Below, in pieces: positions 41,908 through 52,173 of a stretch of DNA of 64,000 nt. The position numbers and the translations under genes were made by a program. The stretch lies in assembly GCA_963765765.1 (NCBI GenBank), contig CAVXYC010000025.1:32001-96000 (forward strand). Reading direction: 5' to 3'. Source of the DNA: an uncultured Chloroflexia bacterium. GTDB lineage: Bacteria > Chloroflexota > UBA6077 > JACCZL01. Position 1 is the first letter of the stretch. Each line of letters opens with the position of its first letter. The notes beneath the pieces are model-generated. The model saw nothing but the letters and a program-made list of their open reading frames with translations. It was not told the DNA's origin and did no database searches.

Positions 41908-42858
41908 TGCTTAGCTCGCTGAATTCGCCGGGGATTCTGCTTTGCCGAAATTGGCCTGAACATCGAGCATCGGGACGTCTCTCGGGCTTTCTCACGGCCG
42001 CTCGGCGCTGAGCTCGCCTGTCGTTGATGCCGAAGCTCCAGGGCGACGAGCCAGCGCAGCAAATTGCGCTCTAGCGAAACTTCACAGCATGACGAGAAAC
42101 GGACGTGGCGGTGCAGGGGTTTGTCCCAACACCCGCGGACAGCCAGAACCGGGTGGGACTAACCATCATACCTCGGCCGTACCGCACTCTTTGACCACCA
42201 GTGTCAGTGTCTTCTTGCGCGTCACAGCGGGCTCAAATCCACCAACAGAGCGTTTTACAGCGACGCGAAGGTTGGTTGGCCGATGATTCAACAGCGAAGG
42301 GAGCACGCGCGCTCATCGCCACCCAGCCCTGGCCGTCCACGAGGCCGGGGCTACGCGGTTCTGGGGCTAGTCCTGATGGCCTGCGTTACCGCGTAGCTGT
42401 GGGCTTGGGCAGAGCGGTCTCGTCAGGCGAGGCGGTTGCAGGACGCGACTCGCGGACGTTCGGCAATATGCTGCCCGGGCGAATCGCGGATGACATCCTC
42501 AAATGAGGAAGCGCAGGAAACGTTTCACCCTTCCGGACCTCGTCCGCAGTAGCTCGGGTGTGTCACGCTGATTGCTGAGAATGGCGACGAGTGCGTCAGC
42601 ACCAAGGTCACTCTGCGCTCGCCCTCTCACCAGCCTCCCACTCCGGAATGGCGATGACCTCTCGGGGCCAGTGGTACATGCTCTCCCGGTGGTCGCACAC
42701 GGACTGCCCCGTGCACGAATGGATATCGCTCCGCAGCCGCTAATGCCTCGGGGCCTGTTCGACGAGCTCTGCCATGGCCCGCAGTGGCAACGACAGCCAG
42801 TGCGCTAAGACGGCTCTTCCTCGCCGCAACCTGTAGCGGCACCGCGGGGATCAGAAGG

Positions 42859-43914
42859 CTAGCCGCCCGCGCTTATCTCGAGAACGACTTTCACATCGTC
42901 GGGCCGACGTTCGAGAACCTCCGACCAATTTTCGATCGGAACTCGTCGGGTGATCAGGCATTTCAGCCACGCTGGATCTGCCCTGGCGAGAGCTCCCGCG
43001 GCCGCCTCATAGTGGGCCCGCGACGCGTTGACGCTGCCGAACAGCACCTTGTTGCTCAGCACCATGTGCTTGTTGAACGCGTTGAGGTCGACCTCCAGTG
43101 CGGACGGGGCGGCCGAAATGCCAGTCAGCGCGATCACCGCGCCTGGCGCTGCTTTCGCCCCCGCCTCGCGAAGGACGGCGCCAACACCCGTGCACTCGAT
43201 CACCGCATCAGGCGAAATCGGCAGATCGCGTGCAGAGCCGGCGTGGTAGTGGGCGCCCAACTCCCGGACGAGGTCCGGTTTTGGTCCGCTGTCGACGATG
43301 TCCACGACGTAGGTTTCGAGTCCAGCCTGCCTGGTGACCAGGGCGGCGAGCAGCCCTATCGGCCCTGCCCCGGTGATCAGAGCAGTCCTGGGGGGGACTC
43401 CCGACCGCCGAAGGATGTGCATGCCGTGCAGGCAGGCCTTTGCAACCACGGACATTGGCTCGAGCAATACACCGAGCTCTCCAAGGCGCGAATCAACGCG
43501 CACTGCAAACTGGGGGTCGAGACGGTACTCCTCCCTGGCGTAGCCATCCTGTTGCTTGATGCCGCACTCGGTATACGTGCCGTTGCGGCACATGTCCCAC
43601 TGGCCATCGGCACAATAATCGCAGGGTTCGGGATCCGGCCGCCGCACCACCCCTACCACCAGGTCGCCTGCGGCAAATCCACTGCCCGGTGGTGCCTCTG
43701 CCACCTCGCCCAGAGACTCGTGTCCTAGAACGAACCAATCTTTGCCTGGCGGCGCCTCGCCGTATCCGCCATCGATAATCTCGAGATCAGTGCCGCAGAT
43801 GCCGATTGCACGGCCCTTCACGAGAAGGGCGCCTTCGGCTGGATCGGGTGGCGGTACGTCGATCAGCTCGGCGGAGTGTGGGACTCCTGGATGGACGACA
43901 AGTGCTTTCATCAT
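42859..43914 (-). CDS. Zn-dependent glucose 1-dehydrogenase (MDR family)
   Basis: GICGTDLEI, LGHESLG, VRRPDP.PC..C, LLEPMSVVAKA, GAGPIG, GSVNA. Confidence 0.9.
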   Translation of the reverse strand: MMKALVVHPGVPHSAELIDVPPPDPAEGALLVKGRAIGICGTDLEIIDGGYGEAPPGKDWFVLGHESLGEVAEAPPGSGFAAGDLVVGVVRRPDPEPCDYCADGQWDMCRNGTYTECGIKQQDGYAREEYRLDPQFAVRVDSRLGELGVLLEPMSVVAKACLHGMHILRRSGVPPRTALITGAGPIGLLAALVTRQAGLETYVVDIVDSGPKPDLVRELGAHYHAGSARDLPISPDAVIECTGVGAVLREAGAKAAPGAVIALTGISAAPSALEVDLNAFNKHMVLSNKVLFGSVNASRAHYEAAAGALARADPAWLKCLITRRVPIENWSEVLERRPDDVKVVLEISAGG

Positions 43915-44130
43915 GACTCCGGACCAAACCGTGTTCGCGAGTTCTTGCTCGGGAGATCTCGTGAGCGCAACCGCTCACGGTGCGGTACTGTTGGCCAATA
44001 AGGTCCGACCCTCCCCGCCACAGCGACTATTACTGCTCCGCCGCGCGGCTGCCTCAAGGTGACACACCCGCTCGTCGCAGCATCAGGTCTGCTTGGGATC
44101 ATGTCGTCTGCCCCGCGGTATGAACATTGC

Positions 44131-45036
44131 TTACGCCTGGGCCCACCAGGTTGGTTCGGGCCGGAACGGCGCGGCCGGTCTGCCTCGCGAGTTCGTGTCC
44201 ATCCAGTAGACCAATCCGGCTGCCGGTTGGGCGCGACGCTGCTCGTGGCTCAATTCTTCAGTCGCCGTGGTGACGTATAGCCGGTCGAGCCGGTGCCCGG
44301 CGAACGCGCAGGACGTGCTTTGCTTGGCTGGGATCGGCAATGTCTGCCCCAGTGCACCATCAGCGGAATAGCGATTGATCCTTCCACCCCCGAAAATGGC
44401 CACCCATAGCTCGCCATCCGCATCGACGGTCAGACCATCCGGTGCGCCAACCTCCTCGGGCACCTCGATCAGCACTCGCGCGTTGGAGATCGTACCCCGA
44501 TCGCCGTCGAAGGAGAATGCGTGAATGACCCGCGGGCCACTGTCAGCCAGGTACATCGTCCTGCCGTCGGGGCTCCAGCCCAGCCCGTTGGAAATTGTCA
44601 GGCCGTCAAGCATCAGCTCGGTCGATCCATTCCGATCGAATCGATACAACGCGCCTCCACCGACATGGTGATCGTCGGCCAACGTTCCCGCCCAGAACCG
44701 GCCGTGCGGATCACACGCGGCATCGTTCATCCGCGTCCCCGTGGGCGCGACCTCGCCGAGCGGACGCAGCGAGCCATCAGGTGACAGGTGGACAAAGCCA
44801 CGACCAGCGGCCAGGAGCCACCCTTCGTCACCCTGGATCGGCGCAATCGCGCCGACGGTCCCCGGGACGGTGTAGCTGCGGACAGACACCAGCTGACCGT
44901 CATCGGCGACGCGGTCGCGGAAGACGCGTCCGGCAACGATGTCCACCCGCAGCAATTCGTCGCGGCGAGCATCCCAGCGAGCCCCCTCGCCAAGCAGGTT
45001 CTGCTCGGTCGTACACGCGACAGCCTCGCCCATCAT
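44131..45036 (-). CDS. SMP-30/gluconolactonase family protein
   Basis: LGEGARWD, RMND..D..GRFWAGT, ISNGLGWSPD, PDGLTVD, LYVTTA. Confidence 0.93.
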   Translation of the reverse strand: MMGEAVACTTEQNLLGEGARWDARRDELLRVDIVAGRVFRDRVADDGQLVSVRSYTVPGTVGAIAPIQGDEGWLLAAGRGFVHLSPDGSLRPLGEVAPTGTRMNDAACDPHGRFWAGTLADDHHVGGGALYRFDRNGSTELMLDGLTISNGLGWSPDGRTMYLADSGPRVIHAFSFDGDRGTISNARVLIEVPEEVGAPDGLTVDADGELWVAIFGGGRINRYSADGALGQTLPIPAKQSTSCAFAGHRLDRLYVTTATEELSHEQRRAQPAAGLVYWMDTNSRGRPAAPFRPEPTWWAQA

Positions 45037-45495
45037 CTGTCCCTCCGGTCTCGAGCCACTCTTCCCCACACTGTACATTGCGGCGAGAGCACCATCGAAT
45101 GGGCGCCGGGTTGCGCCGGCGGCACGAGCACCGTCACTCTCTTCGTGGGAGAGATGGGTCGGGGGCCCGCAGCACGGCCACCGTCAGAGGCGGGTGGCTG
45201 CTCCCTACAACCGAGGTGGACCTTGCTCATGAGCGCGCTCATGGCCTACTTCCGGCGCAACGACGCGTCGTTCAGGGAATCCAACGTTGTGTGAGGAGTG
45301 GGTTGGTAGCCGCGTGGGGGCATATGATTTGAACCGCTCGGCCATGGATGGGACCGCACCGCGGGAAGTTAGCCCGACCGGCACCGACGGCCAACGCGTT
45401 TGTCGAGTCCAGCACGTGTAATCGAGTCTCGAGTCATAGCATGAGTCCGAGCTGGGTTCGTCCACTCGCTGATCAGAACAGGGGGCAACACCACC

Positions 45496-46924
45496 ATGCA
45501 CGTCGCGGTTGTTGGCGCTGGGCCCGCCGGGGTTGTGGCGGCGTCACGCTCCGCCGAGCTGGGTGCGCAAACCACGCTGGTGACCCGCGGTGCATTCGGC
45601 GGCATGGCGGCCAACGATGGACCGGTACCCGTCCGAACCCTGGCTCACGCGGCTCGCCTGGCACGAGAGTCGCGCCAACTCGGGCTGTACGGCATACGCA
45701 TCGGTGAATCTAAGCTCGACTACCCAGCACTTCTATCTCGGGTCCAGGAGGTCATCGCACAGGTGCGGACGCATGCGAGCCTGCGTCCCAACCTCGAGCG
45801 GGCAGGCGTGACGATCCACGAACACGCGGGCACAGTTCGATTTGTTGACGCCAATACACTGGAGTGGGAGCACGGACCGCGAGTCGAAGCGGACCGAATC
45901 ATCCTGTGCAGCGGCGGAACAAGTCGGCGGCTTTCGATCCCGGGCTTCGAGCACACGGGAACCCACAGCAACGCGTGGGGTCTGGCGGCGGTTCCAGCCT
46001 CGATTCTGGTTGTCGGCGCTGGGGCAACCGGCGCGCAGGTTGCATCCGTATTCAACGAGCTCGGTTCGCAGGTTCAACTGTTTGAAGCTGGACCCCGAAT
46101 TCTCATGACCGAAGACGAAGACGTCTCAGACGGTATGGCGGTGGCCTTTCGCGCTGCCGGAATTGCGGTGCACGAGGCATTCGGCAGCATCGATCGCTTT
46201 GAGAAGACGCCCGCCGGGGTACGCATGGTTTTCTCGAAGGATGGCGAGACCTCGGCCGCGGAGGCGGACGTTGTGGTGGTTGCCGTCGGATGGCAGGCTG
46301 ACACGGTGGGGCTCAACCTCGCCGCGGCTGGCGTGCAGACGACGCCTCGCGGCTATGTGGCGGTCGACCCTCACCTGCGCACCTCCGTTCCACATATCTT
46401 CGCCGCGGGTGACATCACGGGTCGGATGATGCTCGTGCCCCACGCCATCCATGACGGTTATGCAGCCGCGACGAACGCGGTCCGAGGTCCGATCGTTCGA
46501 GCTCGGCGACCAGACGAGCCCTGTCGGCAGCTTTACAGACCCGGAATACGCCCATGTCGGATTAACCGAGGTTCAGGCGCGCGAAGGACACGACGTTATC
46601 GTAGCAACTGCCCGCTACGCCGACGCCGCGCGGCCGATTATCGACGGTCGTACCGTTGGTTTCTGCAAGCTGATCGTTGACCGACACACGCGGACGATCC
46701 TTGGGTGTCACATCGTCGGCGAGCGAGCAGTAGAACTGTCGCAGGTGGCGGCAGTGGCTGTCGCATCGGCAGCACGGATAGAAACCCTTGCGCGGATTCC
46801 GCTTTCATTCCCGACGTACACAAACGTTCTTGGGCGTGCGGTGGCGCTGGTCGCCAGACAATTGGACGAATCGGGCGTGTGGAACGCAAACGATCTTGCC
46901 CAACCAGGGTTGGCATGGCAATAG
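45496..46924 (+). CDS. Lipoamide-dehydrogenase-like flavoprotein lacking the redox Cys pair; frameshift near 46497
   Basis: GAGPAG, GGMAANDGPVP, GAGATG, IFAAGD, FTDPEYAHVG, ILGCHIVG, SFPTY. Confidence 0.88.
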
Positions 46925-47321
46925 GAGCGGCTGGTAGATACCTGCTTTTTTGGCAGGTGGGGTTGACTCAGCGTTTCTCCGCTTCTGACTTGCCGTTCAC
47001 CACTGGCACACGCGATTCGGGGTATGCGGGGCCGACGCTGGCTCCGCTGATTCTGACGCTGATGCGGGCACGATAGAGCGGCGCTGGTGGTGGCGGCCGC
47101 CCCGCTGCTATCGTTCCTCATGAACCCCAGGCGTCTGGGTGCACGGCGCTATGGCGGCCATTGCCGCCGTCGGCGCCGCGCGGCGAGGTGCCAGGAGTGA
47201 GAGTGCCGGCCGAACGATGAGGTGGCGGGCTGCTTGCGCGGTGATGGCCAGATGCCGGTCGCCCCGAGTAGTCACGTCGTGCGCCGCAGGCCAAACGGAC
47301 GATGATGCGGGGATATGAGCG

Positions 47322-47696
47322 ATGAGCGGGTGGGACCACGTCGTGGCGCAGATAATCGATGTGGTGTCCGTCCTGATCGAGCTGCTGGCCGTGGCGGTCA
47401 TCGTCGTGCCGCTCCTCGCCGGCCTCGTCTGGTTCCTCTACGTCCAGGCCGCGCGGCGCCTAACGCCCTCCCAAGCGTACTTGCAGTACAAGGCCCTGCT
47501 GGGCAAATGGCTCCTGCTGGGGCTGGAGATCCTGGTGGCGGCGGACGTCATCCGGACGGTGGCGCTGGAGGCAACGCTGGAGAACGTCGCCGCGCTCGGT
47601 CTGCTGGTGCTGGTGCGAACATTCCTGGGCTGGGCGATCATCGTGGAGATCGAGGGCCGTTGGCCCTGGCAGCCCGCGCGTGTACGCGGGGAGTAG
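47322..47696 (+). CDS. DUF1622 membrane protein
   Basis: LLLGLEILVAADVIRTV...LVRTFL....EIEGRWPW. Confidence 0.9.
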   Translation: MSGWDHVVAQIIDVVSVLIELLAVAVIVVPLLAGLVWFLYVQAARRLTPSQAYLQYKALLGKWLLLGLEILVAADVIRTVALEATLENVAALGLLVLVRTFLGWAIIVEIEGRWPWQPARVRGE

Positions 47697-47900
47697 CGCT
47701 CCTGGCTGCTCGTGCTCATCAGCCCCTCAATGCGCCTCGATCTTCGACGCCGGATGATTCGACGACGTGCTAAGACGATGAAGGGCTTGCGGCGTCAACG
47801 GACAGTGTGAGAGCGCCGAAGCTGGGGACAACGGGATCTGACTCTCGAGCTTCGGACTGATCAGTGGAAATGCAAACAGTCGGGCAGAGAGGAGACCGGG

Positions 47901-48438
47901 GTGCATGAAACTCGAGTTGATTCACTTAATTACCACCTCTGGACTGATGCGTTGCACGGGCGAGCTCTCGCAAGAGAGGCAGAGAACGCCTGGGATCGCG
48001 GAACCTATGTCCGCTGGACTGTCATCACAGCATGGACGGCCTTCGAGGTGGTATGTGGCGACGCGCTCAACGTGTCGGAGCGTCTGAGGGAATGACTTTA
48101 GAAGGACGCTGGATGCTGCCGTGGCAGAATGCTGCTTGCCCCGGATCGATTGGGGGAAGGGAGTCTGGCAGCGGGCACTTGAGATCTACGAGTTGCGGAA
48201 GAAATATGTGCATGTACGTTCGTCCTCGATCAAGCAGCCTTACTGGCTTCTGCGACGGAAGCGGAACTGGCGATCCAAGTCATGCGCGAGGCGATTCGAG
48301 CGGTGTATGAACTTGCCGGTAATTCTCCACCACCCTGGGTCGAAGACGACTCTGACCGTGGCTGGCAGGGCGCCAGCCAGTTCGGTTGCACGCGCGGTGG
48401 CGATCCGTATCTGGGAAGCCGTCTCAAGCGCTTATTAA
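47901..48438 (+). CDS. Putative HEPN-like protein, frameshifted (about 48087 and 48240); end uncertain
   Basis: GAGGAG RBS; joined frames give ...ITAWTAFEV...GVWQRALEIYELRKKYVH...EAELAIQVMREAIRAVY; contains R-x4-H. Confidence 0.55.
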
Positions 48439-48812
48439 CCGAGATCGGATTGGCGCGGGTGGAAGGGATACCCGAGTTACTCTCAGACACTGAGTCCCAA
48501 GCGGCTCCTTTCTACCGTACAGGCGCAGCTGGACAATCCCGACATTTCGCCACTGCTGGCCGCGGAAGGCATCGTGACCGACGCTCAACGCACCGAGATC
48601 CTACGGAAGTTCCAGATCTGGGCCGATGACGAAGGAATCAGTGGCGGCGGTAGCAGAATTCAAGGTTTGGGGCATCAAGCCGTGGAGCGCTTGACATATT
48701 CACCGTGGAGACCCTCGTCGGTCGACGCGGATCTCCACTTCCGACCCGCCACTGATTCATGGTTCTGATCCGATCAGGCCAGCTCGCTCAAGGGGATGTC
48801 GCAACGTCAGCA

Positions 48813-49852
48813 TCATGGCTCAAAGATGGCAAAGGCCTTGTTAGAGTTGAACGTGTAGGACTCCACATAGTCCACTAACCGGCTACTTTGCACCAAGCTC
48901 GGTCATTGCTCCAGCCAAGCAGACCCAGTTGAGAAATTCCTGATGACCGGCTTCTTCAATGTCACTCAACGTCAAATCACGCCAGGCATGAAATTGGTTT
49001 GCTTTCAGCTCCGCCAGGCGGGCTTGATCGGCATCGACATCGGGATACAGCCACGCATTCTTGTCGGTTAGGAAAGCGTGCGACCAGCTTGCTGACGCAA
49101 CGAGGTACAGCCCGGTAAGGACTATCCTTGAGGATCCGCGCCGTGGCTCGACCCAGCTCGAAGCAGCGCCGCGGGCTGGGTGACGGAGGGTCGGGCGGAG
49201 CACTGGGGTTGTCGAATCGAACAAATCCGTGATGGCTTATCACGCTCCGCCCATAACTGTTCATCGCCACCGGTATCACCGGATACTGAAAGCCCCGCCG
49301 GTCTACGTCGAGAAAGACGATCGAGTTGACGTGCGCATGTCCCAGCCCGCTTGGGAGACTTGGTTGGTAGGCGTAGGCCATGTCGAAGCCCTCATCAAGA
49401 AGGCCTGACACCAGCTCCATGGCGGCGTCGCGATGGCCCTTGACGATCAGCTCCGTGTTAGCCGGGACATCCCAGAGATTCGCTACTCCCTCGCCAAAAC
49501 GCTCAAAGGGCCTGGTCAGCTCATCGAAGATGTACGTACAGAACGGTGGGATGATTGTTTCGCGAAAGTTCTCGTATTGATCATCGCCCCAAATAAGCAC
49601 AACGTCGGGATTGAACCGGTCAAGCGCGGAGCGGAGCGTCCGGAAAGGCGGCCAGATGTCGCGACCGATGTTCCGCCTCGGCTGACGCGTTGTGCTCAAC
49701 CTCGTCGCGCAGTGCCGCGGGCCAGGTGGCTGGGTCCTTTCGCTCCGCCGAGACGGAAGGATGTGCCAGCGTACGTCGAAAGAGACCGGGAAGGGGCGCC
49801 CCTGCCATCATGCCGGGTAGTGTGTCATGCCGAGACCCAGGATGTCTGCCAT
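48813..49852 (-). CDS. Class III (LigB-like) extradiol dioxygenase family protein; several frameshifts
   Basis: MADILGLGMTHYP, IWGDDQYENF, GHAH, ASASWSHAFL, GHQEFLNW, YVESYTFNSNK. Confidence 0.82.
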
Positions 49853-49997
49853 GGTCGGTCCTCCTGCGTCAGGGAGTGTGGCCCCATCCGCAGGGTGCCA
49901 CGCGCCCCGCTTCTTGCGAGCACGGTACCGTTGTGGGCCGTACCTGTCAACAATGGAAACGAATGGCGTTACGCCGCTATAGGCACCTCGTCCACTA

Positions 49998-50215
49998 AGA
50001 AACTATCTCAGGTAAGTCAGGCGGCGGAGCCAGAGCAGAGCGCAGGCGAGCTTTGAGCAGGCCCAGGTAGTTCTCGGCCTTCTTCTCCCAGCGGATCAGG
50101 ATCCCGCGGCAGCGCGACAGCCAGCTGATCGTCCGCTCGACTACCCGCCGCCGCGCGGGGTGCCGCTTCGGGCGGGCCGGTCGCTCGTCGCGGATGAGCG
50201 CGATGTGCGGGACGT
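49998..50215 (-). mobile_element. IS5-family transposase C-terminal relic with terminal sequence
   Basis: RRRVVERTISWLSRCRGILIRWEKKAENYLGLL, followed by TGAGATAGTTTCT. Confidence 0.8.
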
Positions 50216-50226
50216 CGTCGTGGACC

Positions 50227-52173
50227 TTAAAACCAGAAGTCGGGAAGGTTTCCAGGCCCCCGCTGGCCGCGATCGAATCGCCAGGCGTTCGGATTGGTCG
50301 GGTCAAACGCGCGGATGCCTTCGCCCTTCATTAACGCGCGGACGCGTACGTCCTCGTCCTTCCCTTTCACCGGCGGCGGGTCGAAGCGCCCGTTGGCTTT
50401 CGCGACCTCGTCCCATTCGCGGAAGAAGTCTCCGACACGCCAGCCGGCCACTTCGGCCTCGTTGACGCCGAGGTTGTGAGCCCAGAGGCGATGGCGGAAG
50501 CTCCGCACTGTTTCGGGGTGGTCGAGCACGAAGTTCACCTCGGTGTCGAAAAAGAACCCGCGGGGATTGGCGTTGGCGGAGCCGACGGACAGAGCTTCGT
50601 CGTTGACGAGAATCAACTTCGTGTGCAGGAGTCCGCCCTTGGATTGCAGCGTATAAACGCGCAGATGCGTCGGAAGGAGCGGCAGGAGGTGCCGGTAAGA
50701 ATTCGAATCGCAGCGCACTCATGTTCTGCGGGAAAAAGCCGGTTCGCGGATCGTCGGTTCCCGTTGACACCACGACCATGACGATCATCTCCGGCTGCGA
50801 CTGCACCTGCTTCACGATCGCATCGGCGAGCTTCGGCTCGTGAAAATACGCGTTCTCGAGATAGATGAAGCGCGTAGCTCGGCCGATCAGGCGGAAGTAA
50901 CCGCGCCAGATGTCGTCCCGCCGGATGTCCAGTTCATGGAGCCCATAAGGAGGCCCAAGGATTGGGCGACCCGTTCGAAACGGTGCGCAGCATCTGCACG
51001 GGATGCGGATTCAGGACGCCCGCTTTGTCGTCGCTGCCCGGACTGCTGGCCGCGAGCTTCTCGAATGGCTTCCATCCCGCCAGCGGCGCTACCGTCAACT
51101 TACTCCGATCGCGATTCCAGAGCTCCACGAACTGTCGCTCGAGATCGTAGGCGATGCGGCCCTCCAGCTTCGCCATGACGTCGTGCCATACCCACGTGAA
51201 CCCCCAGTTTCGCGAAGGCGGCCGTTCGCGATATCGAGCCCGCCGCAGTAGGCGACCGTGCTCTTCCCCCGTTTGGCCACGATGAATTTCTGATGATGCG
51301 GCCAACTATGGAAGCATCGGGATGAGTCGCTCGACGATGTACTTAAAGTGATCGCGCTCTGCGGCTCTTTAATGTGACAGAATCAATTTATTCACGGGCG
51401 TAAGGTCACCCTTGAAGGGACTGCGGGTCGGATGCTTGGCGATGATGACCCGGATTGTGACGCCTTCGATGGCCTTCTCCTTCAGGAGATCCGCCCACGA
51501 CCGCGCGATCGGGTCCGCGCCGATCGGGTCCGCGCCGGCGGGAATGGGCACCCCCTGTGGCTCGAAACGCCAGCTGGCGATATAGAGCGTATCCCCCGCG
51601 CGGAGCGACTCGATGGTCTCCCGCATGCGCTCGTAGCTCTCGAGCACATCGCGGAATCCGCTCGTCCATTTCGGTGCACGGGGATCGCCTGTGCCGTCCG
51701 AGTTTCTTCCATGGATGAACATCGTGACCTTGCCGGTGGTGTGCTTGGCGATGAACTCGTCGTACTTGCGGCTCGCGAGTTCCGGCAGAAACACGCTCGG
51801 CGTCGCCGAGGGCGTCGAGTATCCGTTCGGCGATGATGAGGTTGTGCTCCCATTCCGCGCGCAGCTTGGAGAAGTCCGGCTCGTCCTTCGCGATCCGCTT
51901 GCCGACGCCGGCGCTCATCCGCTCCGGGTGCAGCAGGAAGAAAATGATGTCGGCGATGACCGCGGGATCCGTGATGCCGGCGTCCTTCGCCGCACTGCCA
52001 CGTCGCGCCAGAACGCCCCCGCTAGGAACTGCTGCTGAACGGATGGCGGCAGATCCGCCACCCGGAATCCGCCAACGGTCGTAGACAGGCCGCACAACCT
52101 GAGGGACCGCCGAGATCGGCACAATGCCGCTGATGACCGGGATGGCCGCGATCGAAGAGACTTCGCCGATCAC
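50227..52173 (-). CDS. Phospholipase D superfamily protein with N-terminal accessory domain; multiple frameshifts
   Basis: LYIASWRF, HHQKFIV..AYCGGLDI, WHDV, FIYLENAYF, HTKLILVND..SVGSAN.NPRG...DTE; GTG overlaps the upstream TGA. Confidence 0.8.

Noticed and set aside
51506-51536. 15-bp tandem duplication (GADPI x2) inside the PLD
   Set aside because: In-frame micro-duplication in a probable loop; no evidence of function.
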